From Curvularia clavata (taxonomy: Eukaryota), in the NCBI GenBank assembly GCA_023920165.1, contig CP089278.1, positions 124,001 through 188,000 on the forward strand: 64,000 nt of DNA, in the 5' to 3' direction. Shown here one piece after another: positions 25,435 through 37,850 of this stretch. The notes beneath the pieces were generated by a model. That model was not told the origin of the DNA, ran no database searches, and saw only the letters and a list, made by a program, of their open reading frames with translations. Numbering within the stretch: the first letter of the stretch is position 1; each line of letters opens with the position of its first letter. Position numbers and translations under genes: made by a program.

Positions 25435-26757
25435 GATGCCGATCCTTGTATCAGGACAAAGAGATGATGGGACTTTCGTAAGAACCCGTTTGAATTCTCA
25501 AAGATTCTCAGGAATTTATCTTAACCACTACCCATTCACCCCAGTAGATTCTTGAACTTCTGTAGACGTCATAGGACTCAGAGGTGGGGCTGAGGCATCG
25601 TTGGTTGAGCCATTTTGGTTATTGTCGTTCCAGTTTTAGCCGTGTTAAGATGCTGACTGCATAGGAGGGAAAAGCAATAACAAGCCGCAACGTGGATTAC
25701 CCGGCCCCAAGTTCTCCCTAGAAGTATGATAACTCCCCAAAGAAATACTCTAGATATATTTTACAAGCTCATGACTGGAGTAACAGTGGCTGATGCTATC
25801 AGCTAACTCATGGGGATAGATTCTTGAGTGGTGATGTCGCTACCCAGCTGTACTGGAGCCGTGCCGCAATGCTAGGATCCTCGGTACTTAGTCGCAATCA
25901 AGACTAGCTCTACGCCCTATGCACATCGAAGGGCATAATACACCTTCCCAATAGCATCCACCGGGTTTTAGCACCATCACACTTCGTCATATCTTTCTAC
26001 TATTGAAGTTCGCGGGTTTTCAGAAGAATGACCTCACTATTTAAAACATCCATCAGGAATTGCTGACCCACATGCAATAGGGTGTTTAGAGAGGGCCGAG
26101 CTAGATTTGTTATATTTCAGGATTTCGTTTCCTTGCTTTTGCACCTATTGCTCGCCTTGCGTGATAAATCGGCAAAGGTTTACGTCTCTACTGGTACAGC
26201 CAATTCGGGTGTTGAGAGATGAATGCACGACTACTTGGCCCAATTAGCGCATGATGTTTCAATTGATGAGCCCATGATCAAGTAATGGTTTCTCTTTTCC
26301 CGGTAAGCTGAGCAACAACGTGACTAGGCCAGCAGGTTACTCGAATATTGCGTTGCGAAAATGTAAAACCAATGTTGATCACACACAAGATCATCAGTAT
26401 CACTAGTTTGTTCGAAGCATGACTAGGTTTTGAGATGAGGGCTCGTCCTGGTTGAGATAGCCTCTTTCATCTTAGAGAAGGTTGTACCTTCTTTCTGTAA
26501 GCTAGCACACAGCACGTATTTTCTTCGAAATAGAAATTGCTAACTAGTTTCATTTAATCTTGCGAATGTAGTCTAATAATGCGGTCGAACCGCGGATAAC
26601 AAGCGATTCTGAATAGGTATCTTGAAAAGATCTAATAACTCCCATGCAGACTAAATAGCTTATATGAAACAGAAAATTGGTACAATCAGTGCGCTCTAGT
26701 CTATAAAACGAACCAAAGACGAAATCGTGCTTTCCAGCCTTTTACATTGCCTTTACC

Positions 26758-28640
26758 CTATTCTACTGCATCAAGCCTCTGACCCTGGCTCTGACCCGTG
26801 TCTAACGAATCCCTTTTCCTTTTCTTTCCTGCTTCATAGTTGTCGCCACCCTGTGCTGCTGAAGTAACAGTAGCTTTGGTAGACGTAACTGATTCCGGCA
26901 TGAATTGCTTAAACTCTACTACCAGATCAGGAGCTGAGGCGAACAAGTCTCCTACTTGGGAGACGAGGTCCTGAACCGGCATCTCATCTCTCTGATAGGT
27001 CTTGAGCATTTCCAAAAACTGTTTGTATATACCTGGATGATCCGAAAAGCGATTCTTGATCTTGTTGACGTAGTCCAACGCGTCGTCAAACTCAACAGTG
27101 CGTTCAGTCAGACTTGTACTGCCATCTTCCTCCCCAGAAATGGTCAATGGTGGATAGAACACCTTTTCCTCCGACACTGATTGATATTTGGGGTCACTAG
27201 AAGATATGGAGTCATGATCCTGGAGGCCGGAAGTCTCGAGCGTATCGGGAGCATCATCACAGAGCTTAGGAGGATCCGAAAGCTCATCATGTGACAACCT
27301 CACGTTCCTGAAAATGCCCACATCTTCCTCCATAGACGAAAACTTAGCCCGTTTGTTCGCCCTATCAGTTTCGATTTTTTGAACTTCAGTTGGTGATGTG
27401 TCTGATAGCATGGAAATTGCGGATACAAGATCATGTAGGGGTCTTGGTCTCTTCTTAGTTGGTGAGAACCATACATTGCATTTACAGCTTCACATAGTCA
27501 GTAAAAACCGCGCGAGTAAGGTGAGCACTACGTACCAAGTCCTGCCACCACCAAGTGCTTTTGCCGTCTGAATGGAGTCACACCCTGGCATGGGACAGGT
27601 CTCATTCGTGAATATTGGGTGAACCACAACAATAGCCATGGTGATTGCTGTTCCCGGGAGTAACAAGGAGGTTTTCGAGAGAACATCACTGCTATTTCTC
27701 GTCTTAAAGTACTCATAATTGCCAGCTTGCACTTCCAAACGACCGGGACCAGTTTTGAACTTTTGTCGGATGATGGCGTCTAAAAGGTCAAAATCATATT
27801 CAGATGGCACAGGAAACTTGTAACCGAGGGCGTCTTCTACAGTCAGAGGAGCCTGGAAGAATGACCAACGCGTATCGGGGCCTGGTAGAGAGCTTTTAAT
27901 CTCGAGTATGACAGCGTATGTTTGCTGAGTTGAGACCCTGAATGCAAGTTAACATACCATCAAGTGCAAGATGTTGAATTGGGGACCCACAGTACTTTAG
28001 CCACCATGTCTCCCAAAGATCTCCACGAGGACCTCAATTCTCCGCTTACCATTGCAAACAGCTGCGAAAGCATATTTTGAGTGTTTTGTAAAGCCAAGAC
28101 CTGCGTTGCCAAGCTACCGTTGATAGTCTTTATGATATCACGAGTGCCATCCAACCTTTCCCGAATCTCAAGGTTGTAAGCGGCAGCCTTATCAGCGGCG
28201 ATATCCATTTTCTCTAAGCTGTGCTCAGCTAGCAGGATATTGATTGTTCCGATGTGAATGTTAAGGTAGCTCTGGAGTTTGCATATCTCTTCTTTACGAC
28301 CAAATCCAAACCGGAGCTTGATAGCTGAACTCTTCATAACGCCACCTCCTCCCCATACACCAAGAGATTTATCATATTGCCGGATCTTTCCTAGAAACTG
28401 CTCGAGAGGACGTCGACAGCTAAGAGCTGCGTATTTGATGGAGTCGAGGATTTCGGACGAGGATGAGGCGCCGACCTGTAGTTTGTCAAGGTGCTGGAGG
28501 ACGTGCTGGAGGCATTCGAGCTCGCGCAGAAGTTCTTGATATTCTGCTTTCGCACCTCCAGTGTCTTGAAGACAGGAGGAAATGTCTTTTACCAGGTTTC
28601 CAACAGCAATGAAGTCGCCAACCGAAAACCCAAAGGCCAT
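26758..28640 (-). CDS. Multidomain protein: STAND-type N-terminal domain + ubiquitin-like domain + Cys4 knuckle + Sin3 PAH2-like domain + NLS, ~593 aa
   Basis: Exons 28640-27991, 27937-27536, 27487-26758 join in frame over GT-AG introns. MAFGFSVGDFIAV; VEDALGYKFPVP...PGTAITM; CPMPGC...CCKC; VEFDDALDYVNKIKNRF...PDLVVEFKQFMP; KKRKR. Confidence 0.8.
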
Positions 28641-29186
28641 GATGAATATAGGCGCAAGAAAGTTGGCAGAAACTTGACGAGGCTGAGGTTTGTAGCTGTC
28701 ATGAATCCATGCTGCGCCCCATCACGTGGTGGCTGAAGTCAAGCCAGCTAAGTCTCGACGACAAAGGCACGCCCTCCAAAGATCTGCCATTGTAAAAGGT
28801 GGCTGTGTGCGCTCAAATCACAGCAACAATTTTTTTGCTGGAAGGGCGGAGGCTTTGAGAAGGATGTTATTTTGCAAAGGTCAGCTCGTTGTTAAGGAAT
28901 GTGGAGCCCCTGGTGTAGCCCCTGTCTCCACGCATAACCCCGCATATTGTTATTACACCCGACCCGCCTCCACATTGACCCGAAGCTAGCATCGTTTTCA
29001 TACAAGTTCATTAAGTACTGCAATATCTTGGCTCTAGAAATCAAACGCCGGAGTACAATCTTGTATTAAAAAGGCAGCTCTACCGGCTATAGCACTGTAC
29101 ACCAAATGCCGATTTGATGTTTAAGTTGTAGCAGACTTTACGTCCTTAGTTAGGAGATAGCAATTCCTGTATTCGCGCTCAAGACC

Positions 29187-31339
29187 ATGACTTCAACTGG
29201 ACTCGCCAGAGTTACTCTATTTCTTATTACACTATGTGGAGATGTCATTGATGCATTAGCTGCACCGAACCCGAGGACGCTTGGAAGCGACCTAACTATA
29301 TTAACACATAACGACTTATATGGTACGTATTAATTTTGCCCACCGTTGCACGTTCTCATAGTAGCAGGAAATTCAACCACTCGTCAAGCCGCAACACTTG
29401 TGCTTGGCGCTTGGCAGCCACACGACAAGGCGCAGACTACGTGTGAACAGCTGAGTGAAGATCTTTGGGAGCCGGACAACAGCACCGATTTCGGATTTTT
29501 AATGTACCTGAAGTACAGCCATACCTCAGAGAAGCCGGGTTTATATTGGATTGGAGGGCGAGGTAAGTCGGGATGTCGAGCCATAACTGCAAGCGGAAAA
29601 ATCCAGGAACATGACTGCAGAACGAACCTTCCAGCGTTGTGTTCACAATCTGCAGTACTGAGCTTTCCTGAAAAAGACGATACCAGTGAAAAGTGGCAGG
29701 TCGCTGTGAATGCTGGTACAGCCTCGATTCTGGGATCCCGTGATAAGCTTTCATTTCGCTTTCGAGGCATCAAGTATGCAGCGGAGCCACAACGTTTCAC
29801 CTACTCGAAATACAAAGAGCCTGATGGCAACATTTCCGCCCTTACATATGGATCTGGGTGCATCAATACCTACTGTGGTACGACGCTCGATTGCCGCGAA
29901 GATTGCCTCTTTCTCAATATCTGGACACCTACTTTGCCAGCAAAGAAATCAGCGAAAAAGAAGGCGGTCATGTTTTAGATACATGGCGGCGGATTTACTA
30001 GTGGATTTGGGAGTGACACCACCTTTGATGGAGGGAACATGGCGTCTCGTGGCGATGTCGTCGTCGTTACCGTGAACTACCGTTTGTCCACCCTGGGTTT
30101 CCTTGCCATGGAAAATACTCCCCTGAAAGGCAATTACTGGTTATCGGATCTTATTGCTGCACTAGACTGGGTACGTGCTAACATCGAAAATTTCGGTGGC
30201 GACAAGAACCAAATTACGATATTTGGTCAAAGCGCTGGTGCTGCCGCTGTACGAGCACTAATCGCGTCGCCTCTTACGAAAGCCAAATTCGCAAGAGCAA
30301 TCATGCAATCCTGCCCAGGAGGAACTTTCTCGGAGTATCAGACTATCGAAGCCGCCACCAATGTAACAAACACAATCTTGAACGAAACCGGATGCACTGG
30401 CCAGGACAAGGCAACTGAGATTGAATGCCTTCGAACACAAGATCCACGGGTATTGATAGGCCTCCGAAACGGCGCTCCAACTGGGACATCTGCTAAGTAT
30501 GTCTAGCACTGGTTACGTGCTGCCATGAACTGACAAGATATAGAAATCCTGTGATTGATGGTACATACTTGAACACCAAGGAGCTATTGCTAGATGGAAC
30601 CGGACCGAGAATGGACATTGCAGTAATGACTGGTGTGATGCGAGATGATGGAAATCCTTTTACCAGCTTTTCCACAAGCCAGAATGCTTCTGCAGCACTC
30701 CAGCAACAAGGCTACAATGCTTCTGCGATTATCGGGTCTGGATTATTCCCACTACCTCAAAACTCCCAGAATGTGACGTTGAACATATTCAATCTCACTT
30801 CGCGTGTCGCAACTGACGCACTATTCCGTTGTCCGACGCAATCGACCGCCTTCTCTGCAGCTAAGAACAATGTGTTCGAGAAAGTTTTTGCCTACGAGAT
30901 GGAACGGTCCTATCAACTTACGCGGTATAGCCCAAACTCAGGAGTATGCGATGCTCCTAAGACGGAGTCGCATCCTTATGGAGATACATCCCTACCTTAT
31001 TACCGATGCCACAGCGGTGATCTTTACCTTGTCTTTGGAAACTACCAACGCGAAGGTCGCAAGATGAGGGATGTAGATGATGTGCCGTTCACTCAGTATA
31101 TTATGGATACCTGGCTTGCGTTTGGACGGACAGGAGATCCAAATCCCGCGCAAGGCTTCTTGGAGGCACGAGGGTTCTTGAACACTTCCCTCAAATTGGA
31201 AGAAAGTCGGCCCTGGAAGCCAGTACGGGCGGAGGACTTGAAATTAAGGGTTCTTGATTTGAAGCCTGTCGACAAGGGATTCAGTGAGCTGAAACAGTGC
31301 GACGTGCTGAGCCAGCCACTGAGTTACTATGCTAGCTAG
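29187..31339 (+). pseudogene. Secreted type-B carboxylesterase with one in-frame premature TAG (29976-29978)
   Basis: EDCLFLNIWTP, VMF*IHGGGF, NYRLSTLGFL, FGGD, GQSAG, CHSGDL. The frame continues across the stop. Confidence 0.8.
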
Positions 31340-31905
31340 ATCTAAACAGCATATACCAATGCTGCCCGATAGACACTGGCTAGTGTGGTGCAGGACCGAA
31401 GAGACAGTCACGTGATCCTTGATCTGATCAGATTCTTATGCATGTAAATAGTGAACAGTTTAAGATACGTACACCTCGACCTCTGCTGTACCCATTCGGT
31501 ACCGAAATCGGTTTTGTACTGCTTCTGTTTAGTCTCTTTCGAGTTCATGAAAGGAAAATCAGGACCCAGTGTTTCGAACTAAACTAGTATTATATTCAGG
31601 GCCTTTGTTGGCCAAACATTGTAACCATCTTACGTTACAAACTCTGCACTTCACCTAACGAGGGTCTTGATGAAATTTTGTTGATATTGTGGCTGGGATT
31701 GAAGAAGTAAATAATGATGATAAATCTAGATTGATTTGAAATTTTCGTGGCCCATGCTCTTTGACGCCTTTCTTGCACCTATAAGCAGCATACAGCCTCA
31801 GCAGTGAGAGTCTAGTCTCTCCGCGCGATGTCCAACCGCGAGATATTCTATATAAAAAGGTATTACGTTTTTGAAATAAAAGGGAAACATTATTCGAGAT
31901 ACATC

Positions 31906-33740
31906 TTAAATCGGAGGCTTTGCCTCGCCTGGTGCGTAATCTTGTGCGATTCTAACCGCACCCGGGCTTGGCTTTGGCCAACTTGTCCGCTTCTTCGCAC
32001 GCACGTAAAAGTTCATGGGGCGGATGAGTTGGAACTCTGGGTCATATGTGACAGCCTCATCTCCCTCTTTGAAGAACTCGTAACGATATACGAGTTCTGG
32101 TAATAAGACCTTTACCTCACCAAGGGCAAAGTTGAAGCCAATGCAGCTACGGGGGCCGGTACCGAAAGGCATGTATGAGTTCTTGGGTCGGTTGGCAACC
32201 TCTTCGGTTCCCCAGCGGTCTGGGTCAAAGCGATCAGGATTTGACCAGATGTTGGGGTTGTTGTGGATGGCGTGCAGGGCACAAATGACAACGGATCCAG
32301 CGGCAAGCTTGTAGCCGCCTGGTACGATACAGTCTACCTTGACCGTGCGTCCAGGCTGGAAAGAGGGGTTATGAAGACGTTGAGTCTCCTTAACGAACTT
32401 GTCAAGGAAAGTGAGGCCATCAGAGAGTTCTGGCGTCCACTTGGTGTTCTCGCTGACACCAGCATCGACGAGCTCTTGCAGCAGTCGATCCTGGTTACCT
32501 GGGTAGACACACAGTGCATAGATAAGCCATGAAAGAAGAGATGATGTTGTTGTGAAACCAGCACCTGCTATTGGCAGCATGTTGGGGATGACGAGGTCCC
32601 GTGGTAGTTTGTTGCCTTGGTCATCGGTAGCGCGTTTGAGGTAATCTACCACACAACTTGCTCCCAGTGCGGCCGAGTGCAGGGGCAGGTCGTCCTCAGT
32701 ATCTCCTTTCGGCGCCTCGTCTATTGCCTTTGAGATAATGTTCCACAGCTTGGTTCCGACGTGATGGAGATACCAGGGAGCTGTGAAAGGTACGACGCTC
32801 AACTTGGAGTACCATGCGCCACGCGACATGACCTTCTTGTTTAGGGAGAGCGAGTATGCAATCAGGATGACCAATTCGTTCAAAGGTGAGTCGGGAGTAT
32901 CGAAGTGGTGAGCGTCATAACCAAGCGCAAATTTGAAGACCGTTTGGGAAGCAAGCTTCAGCATGTACTGGTAGACATTCCAAGCCTCGCCTTCTTCATC
33001 CAGTTTGTCGAAGACCTTGAAAGTATCCTTGACAGAGGCTTCCATGAGGGGAGTGTAATGCCTGATGGCTTTTGGGGCCATGGAAGGCGGAATGAACTTG
33101 TGCGCTGCCCTCCATGCGTCGGTGTCGGTGTCGCAGATGAACAGCGCTCTGTTGTCCTTGATACCAGCCAAAGGATGGTCCGGTGTGATCAGCTTGCTGA
33201 AAAAGGCGGACTCTTGGAATGCAACAGAGGCAATAGCAGGATCATTGGTCAAGTAGTTCATTTTTCCCATGGTTTCATACTTGATGACAGGTCCATACTT
33301 CTGGAACAAGCGAGCATGATTGCCCTGGCAGACGTTAGATGAGCGAGGAGTGTCAGGATGAGAGTAGACTTACAAGATGGTCGGGAAAGACCTCATAGTA
33401 GCTGCCTACAAAGGGCAGTCCTTCTGGACCAGAAGGATCTCTAATGGCCTCGCCATCAACTGTGATGCCAAGATCCTCTTCGCAGTCCAAAACGGCGTCA
33501 AGGTCTGGCAGGTTCTCTCCCTTGGCATCTTGGAGTGCGATACCTGCGAATAACGAGTTAGCCAATGCACACGGGAACAACAGCGACCAGGGAGGGATAG
33601 TTACCAGTTGGCTGGATGATGTTGTACTGTTCGGCTATGGCGACTTGCAGGGACTCAAAGTCATGGCAGTGGTCGATGTGGATGTCCTGGTGGTAGACAT
33701 TTTTGTCCTGGCCGACCAGGTAGAATCCTTTGACAGTCAT
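31906..33740 (-). CDS. Cytochrome P450 without N-terminal membrane anchor (CYP540-like), ~574 aa
   Basis: Exons 33740-33605, 33543-33374, 33324-31906. AGFTTT, ETQR, PDRW, PFGTGPRSCIG. The family assignment is from recall of the motif pattern. Confidence 0.9.
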
Positions 33741-34385
33741 GGTGTACAATGGTGCGAAGCAGGTGATGGTTGAGTCTGAATGCCCGGCCAAGGCAGCAAT
33801 AAGTCCACGGGGAAGTACCGTAATTTCTCCTTCTCCTTATGCGGCGACCGGTGTGGGATACATTCATATCATCGGCCAAGGAGGCGACTAGCCCGATGAT
33901 ATCACGCTTGGCCACTTGCCAACGCACGAATGCGTTGTTTCAGGCCCTGGAACCGAGGCATCTTGACCGAAAGCGTAGGGATGGTGTCGGTCGTGCGAGG
34001 AGCCCGGCCGAACCCTTTTTCGCAAATTTCCCTGCGTCCAGGGTATGGCAAAGAATTGCGCGTATGCGAAGATTGAGGCTCAAGCGGGCCATGTGGGTCT
34101 GATTAACGGATGTGATCTCAGTGGCTGACGCCCCGACGTGCCTCGGCAAGTGGGGCACCGCGTCTCCACCCGCGACTTTTGATGCAGTCATAGCGCAGTT
34201 AGTTTTTACACACCAACAACGCTTCCTGGGCACCGTGTCCTGTGCATGGGCAAAAGACATGCGGCCGATCCACCGTATTCGTGCGACCCCATGGCGAGGG
34301 GCGTCGCTTTCAACCAAAAGCCCTCGCCGTCGCCGTCTCGTTTCCAGCGGTGAAACGCATCACATCCATCATTCCATCTCGCAAC

Positions 34386-35802
34386 ATGGCCGACGCAGTA
34401 TACTCCCTCGCTGAGGTAGCAAAGCACAACAGCAAGACTGATCTTTGGGTCACTCTCTGGAACTATGTCTACGATGTGACCGAATACCAAGAAGAGCATC
34501 CTGGTGGAAAGGAATTCCTCCTCGAGAACGCTGGAGCCGACGCGACTACCGCTTACGAGGACATTGGCCATTCCACCGACGCAAGAGAGATATTGGAGAA
34601 TTATCGAATCGGACGCCTCGCAGACGACGACTGGACCGACCATGAGGCAAGCAGGATGCCCGTCATCACACCAAGCAAGACCTTTGTAGTAAACAGGCTG
34701 CCTCCGCCCAAGTCAAGTATCGCTCAGTTGCCAACAATGGGACTGGGCTTGGCATCGATAGTACTGACCTATGTATACGGTCACGATGCCATGCCATACC
34801 TGCGTCGTTTTCTCAAAAGTGGCTTCTTGAAGGGCTTCGCAGCCTCGTCACTTGCCACCATGGCTGTAGTCGGATATGCCAGTACGTGGGCCGCGAAGAG
34901 CTTTGATGTCGCACACAAGGACTTCAGGGCATACCCTGCACATTTCAGGGCCAAGTCTACGACGTCAAAAGCCACCAAGAAGAAGGACATCAACCTTGGT
35001 GTTCTTAATGCCCGCATCTACCAGCCTTTCCCGCTCATCGAGAAAACCAACGTTTCCCACGATACCATTCGTTTTGTCTTCGGACTTCCTAGCGAGAACT
35101 CTATTCTCGGATTGCCAACTGGTCAGCATGTGGCAATCCGACATGAGGTTGACGGCAAGCAAATCACTCGATCATACACACCAACATCCAGCAACAAGGA
35201 TCTCGGCCGATTGGAACTGACCATCAAAGTGTACGAGGGGGGCAAACTCACACCCTGGTTGAAACAGCTAAACATTGGAGACAAAGTGGAGATTAGGGGA
35301 CCCAAAGGTGAAATGAAGTACCACAAGAACCTAGTCAAAGAGCTTGGAATGATCGCTGGTGGCACCGGCATTACCCCCATGCTCCAAATCATTCGCCGCA
35401 TCTGCGAAGACCCACGTGACCTCACCAAGGTGACTTTGCTGTATGCCAACAAAACCGAAGACGACATCTTGCTGAAGGACCAACTGGACCAATTTGCCAA
35501 GCAAAACGATCGATTTACCGTGCACTACATCCTCAGCAACCCTTCCACAAGTTGGCAAGGGCTGAAGGGTCGCGTCAGTAAGGAACTCATCGAGAAACAC
35601 ATGCCCGCGCCAGCTGGCATGGACAGCAAAGTTTTATTATGCGGTCCGGACCCAATGGTAGAATCCATGTCCAAGCATCTGCAAGAGCGCGGCTTCAAGG
35701 CGCCAGGTATGTAACCCCTGCTGCAAAACCACTGAAACTACTTACTGACATGATTGACCAGGCTCAATCTCCAAACCCCAAGATGAAATTTTTATCTTTT
35801 AG
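34386..35802 (+). CDS. Cytochrome b5 / NADH-cytochrome b5 reductase fusion protein
   Basis: b5: VYDVTEY..EHPGG, DIGHS. Hydrophobic linker. Reductase: LGLPTGQH, RSYTP, GGTGITPM, CGP. Final intron 35707-35761, ending DEIFIF*. Confidence 0.93.
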
Positions 35803-36515
35803 TATCCTATACCACTTTTTAGCGTTTCTTGCATTTTCCTTCCTTGCCATATGCATTGGCTCCGGTATCTAGGGTAGAGGCAATTTGCAGCTCGGGTAGC
35901 TAGAAAATCGCGATTAGACATGTACCAGATGTAATAAGCAAATTTCCTAGCATGATCTCACCATTCGGATTCTAAATGAATTATCCCTTCAACACACCAT
36001 ATTGTTGCAGATGCTTGGATTTACAATGTGTTATCAACGAATGATTTGGCAAAGGCTCACAAAGGACCAGGTTTCCTTCTAACAATGACCTACAAACATT
36101 CCAATCAATGTTGTATCCAAAGTTGAGTCCGTGTGCTCAAGCCGGAGGGAGCCCGGACACTGACTTTCCTCCATCTGCTAGCTTTCATGCACAGAATCTA
36201 GCTTGTGTTCTAATTCCATTGAAGACTGCAACGAACTTGTTTTCTCTACCTACTTGTACCGCTTGTTTGCAGCGAGTGATAACTAGCTAGCGCGGCGCCG
36301 TCATGATGCATTTTAACATACGTAACAATCATAGCAAGGATGCTCCTGTTCGCCATACCGTTTCCATATATGGACCGGAGATTCTCGGCCGAACCCATTT
36401 CGCCATCCATGTACTATAACCTATAAAATGCTCTGTTGGCAAGCTGATATGGGGCCATTTCATATACATACATACCTTGTGTTGATCATCTACTGCATCT
36501 GTCCTTCTCATTCCC

Positions 36516-37445
36516 ATGCCTTCAGCAGTGCCACCCCAATCTGTATCTAGTTGCGTCGAGCAACAATGGAAACGCCCTGAAATATCGGAAAGACCCATCA
36601 CTGTCCTCGGAGGAGGTGTACTTGGACGACGAATCGCCTGCTCATGGGTAGCTGCCGGCTACAAGCTCATACTATGCGAAATCAACGAGGAGCAGAGCAA
36701 AGCTGCAACAGACTACATCGAGCAGCATTGGGAAGAGTTCTCAAAATTCACAGGGGGACAACGCGAGAAAGGCAGCTTCACCACTGCTACTTCTATTGGA
36801 GAAGCGGTTGAGAATGCATGGTTAGTCGTGGAAGCGTTACCGGAGAAGCTGCCATTGAAGATCGAGATCATGGGACAGCTATCGAAACAAGCGCCAAAAG
36901 ACTGCATCTTAGCCTCCAACTCTTCTTCGTACAAGTCAAGCTTGATGCTCGACAAAGTTGACCCAGATGATCGAAAGCGTGTTTGCAACATGCATTATTA
37001 CATGCCACCAGGCAACAACGTAGTCGAGCTAATGACATGCGGTCATACGTACGACGATATTATGCCTTTCCTAAAAGAGAGGCTCGAGGATGCAGGCATG
37101 CAGCCAGCTATTGCGCGCAAAGAGTCTACTGGGTTCATCTTCAATCGGCTGTGGGCTGCAATCAAAAGGGAGAGTCTGCTCATCATGGCTGAGGGTGTAT
37201 CCGAGCCAGAAGAGATTGACAGATTGTTCCAAATTATGTTCAAGAATAACCCCTTAGGGCCCTGCGGTATGATGGATCAGGTGGGCCTCGACACAGTAGC
37301 GTTCATCGAGGACAACTACGTCCAGGAACGAGGCCTTGATCCCACAGCAAGAGACTGGGTACTAGAAAACTTTGTTGAAAAGGGAAAACTTGGGGCAAAG
37401 TCGGAAAAGGGCGGCTTTTATCCTCCACGCAAGGCAACCGACTAA
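36516..37445 (+). CDS. 3-hydroxyacyl-CoA dehydrogenase family protein
   Basis: GGGVLG, VEALPE..LK, ASNSSS, NMHYYMPP, GFIFNR, MDQVGLDT, GKLGAKSEKGGFY. Confidence 0.92.
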   Translation: MPSAVPPQSVSSCVEQQWKRPEISERPITVLGGGVLGRRIACSWVAAGYKLILCEINEEQSKAATDYIEQHWEEFSKFTGGQREKGSFTTATSIGEAVENAWLVVEALPEKLPLKIEIMGQLSKQAPKDCILASNSSSYKSSLMLDKVDPDDRKRVCNMHYYMPPGNNVVELMTCGHTYDDIMPFLKERLEDAGMQPAIARKESTGFIFNRLWAAIKRESLLIMAEGVSEPEEIDRLFQIMFKNNPLGPCGMMDQVGLDTVAFIEDNYVQERGLDPTARDWVLENFVEKGKLGAKSEKGGFYPPRKATD

Positions 37446-37850
37446 ATCTGGTGTATCCAGCACGAAGATGTATAAATAACTAGATAACAAATATACCAGT
37501 ATTGCACTTGTTCATATGGCTGAATCATGGGGAGAAAGCATAACTAGATAATTTTTCGTATCCATTGTAGATAGTGTGTACCTTGCAGCATCTTATCTAA
37601 TGCTGGTCGTCCACTGTTGGTGGTGGGAAGCGCAGTCGCCGACTGGAGTTCGGCTTGCCCAAAACACGATGCCGCACACCGGAGGCCCAAGCTTTTCCGT
37701 CCTAACTTGCGTTCGCACGAGCAAGAGAAATAGCCTACGATAACGTCGCACAGCCCATTACGGCTTCACAACGGCTCGCCTGGACTTGATTGATCCAAGG
37801 GACATTTCATTTTGCCACACATCACGACTCTGGCCCACGCGAACGTCATA

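Noticed and set aside
34242..34385. N-terminal extension of the b5/b5R ORF in the track
   Set aside because: Begins at a non-ATG codon; the first ATG at 34386 directly precedes the b5 domain.
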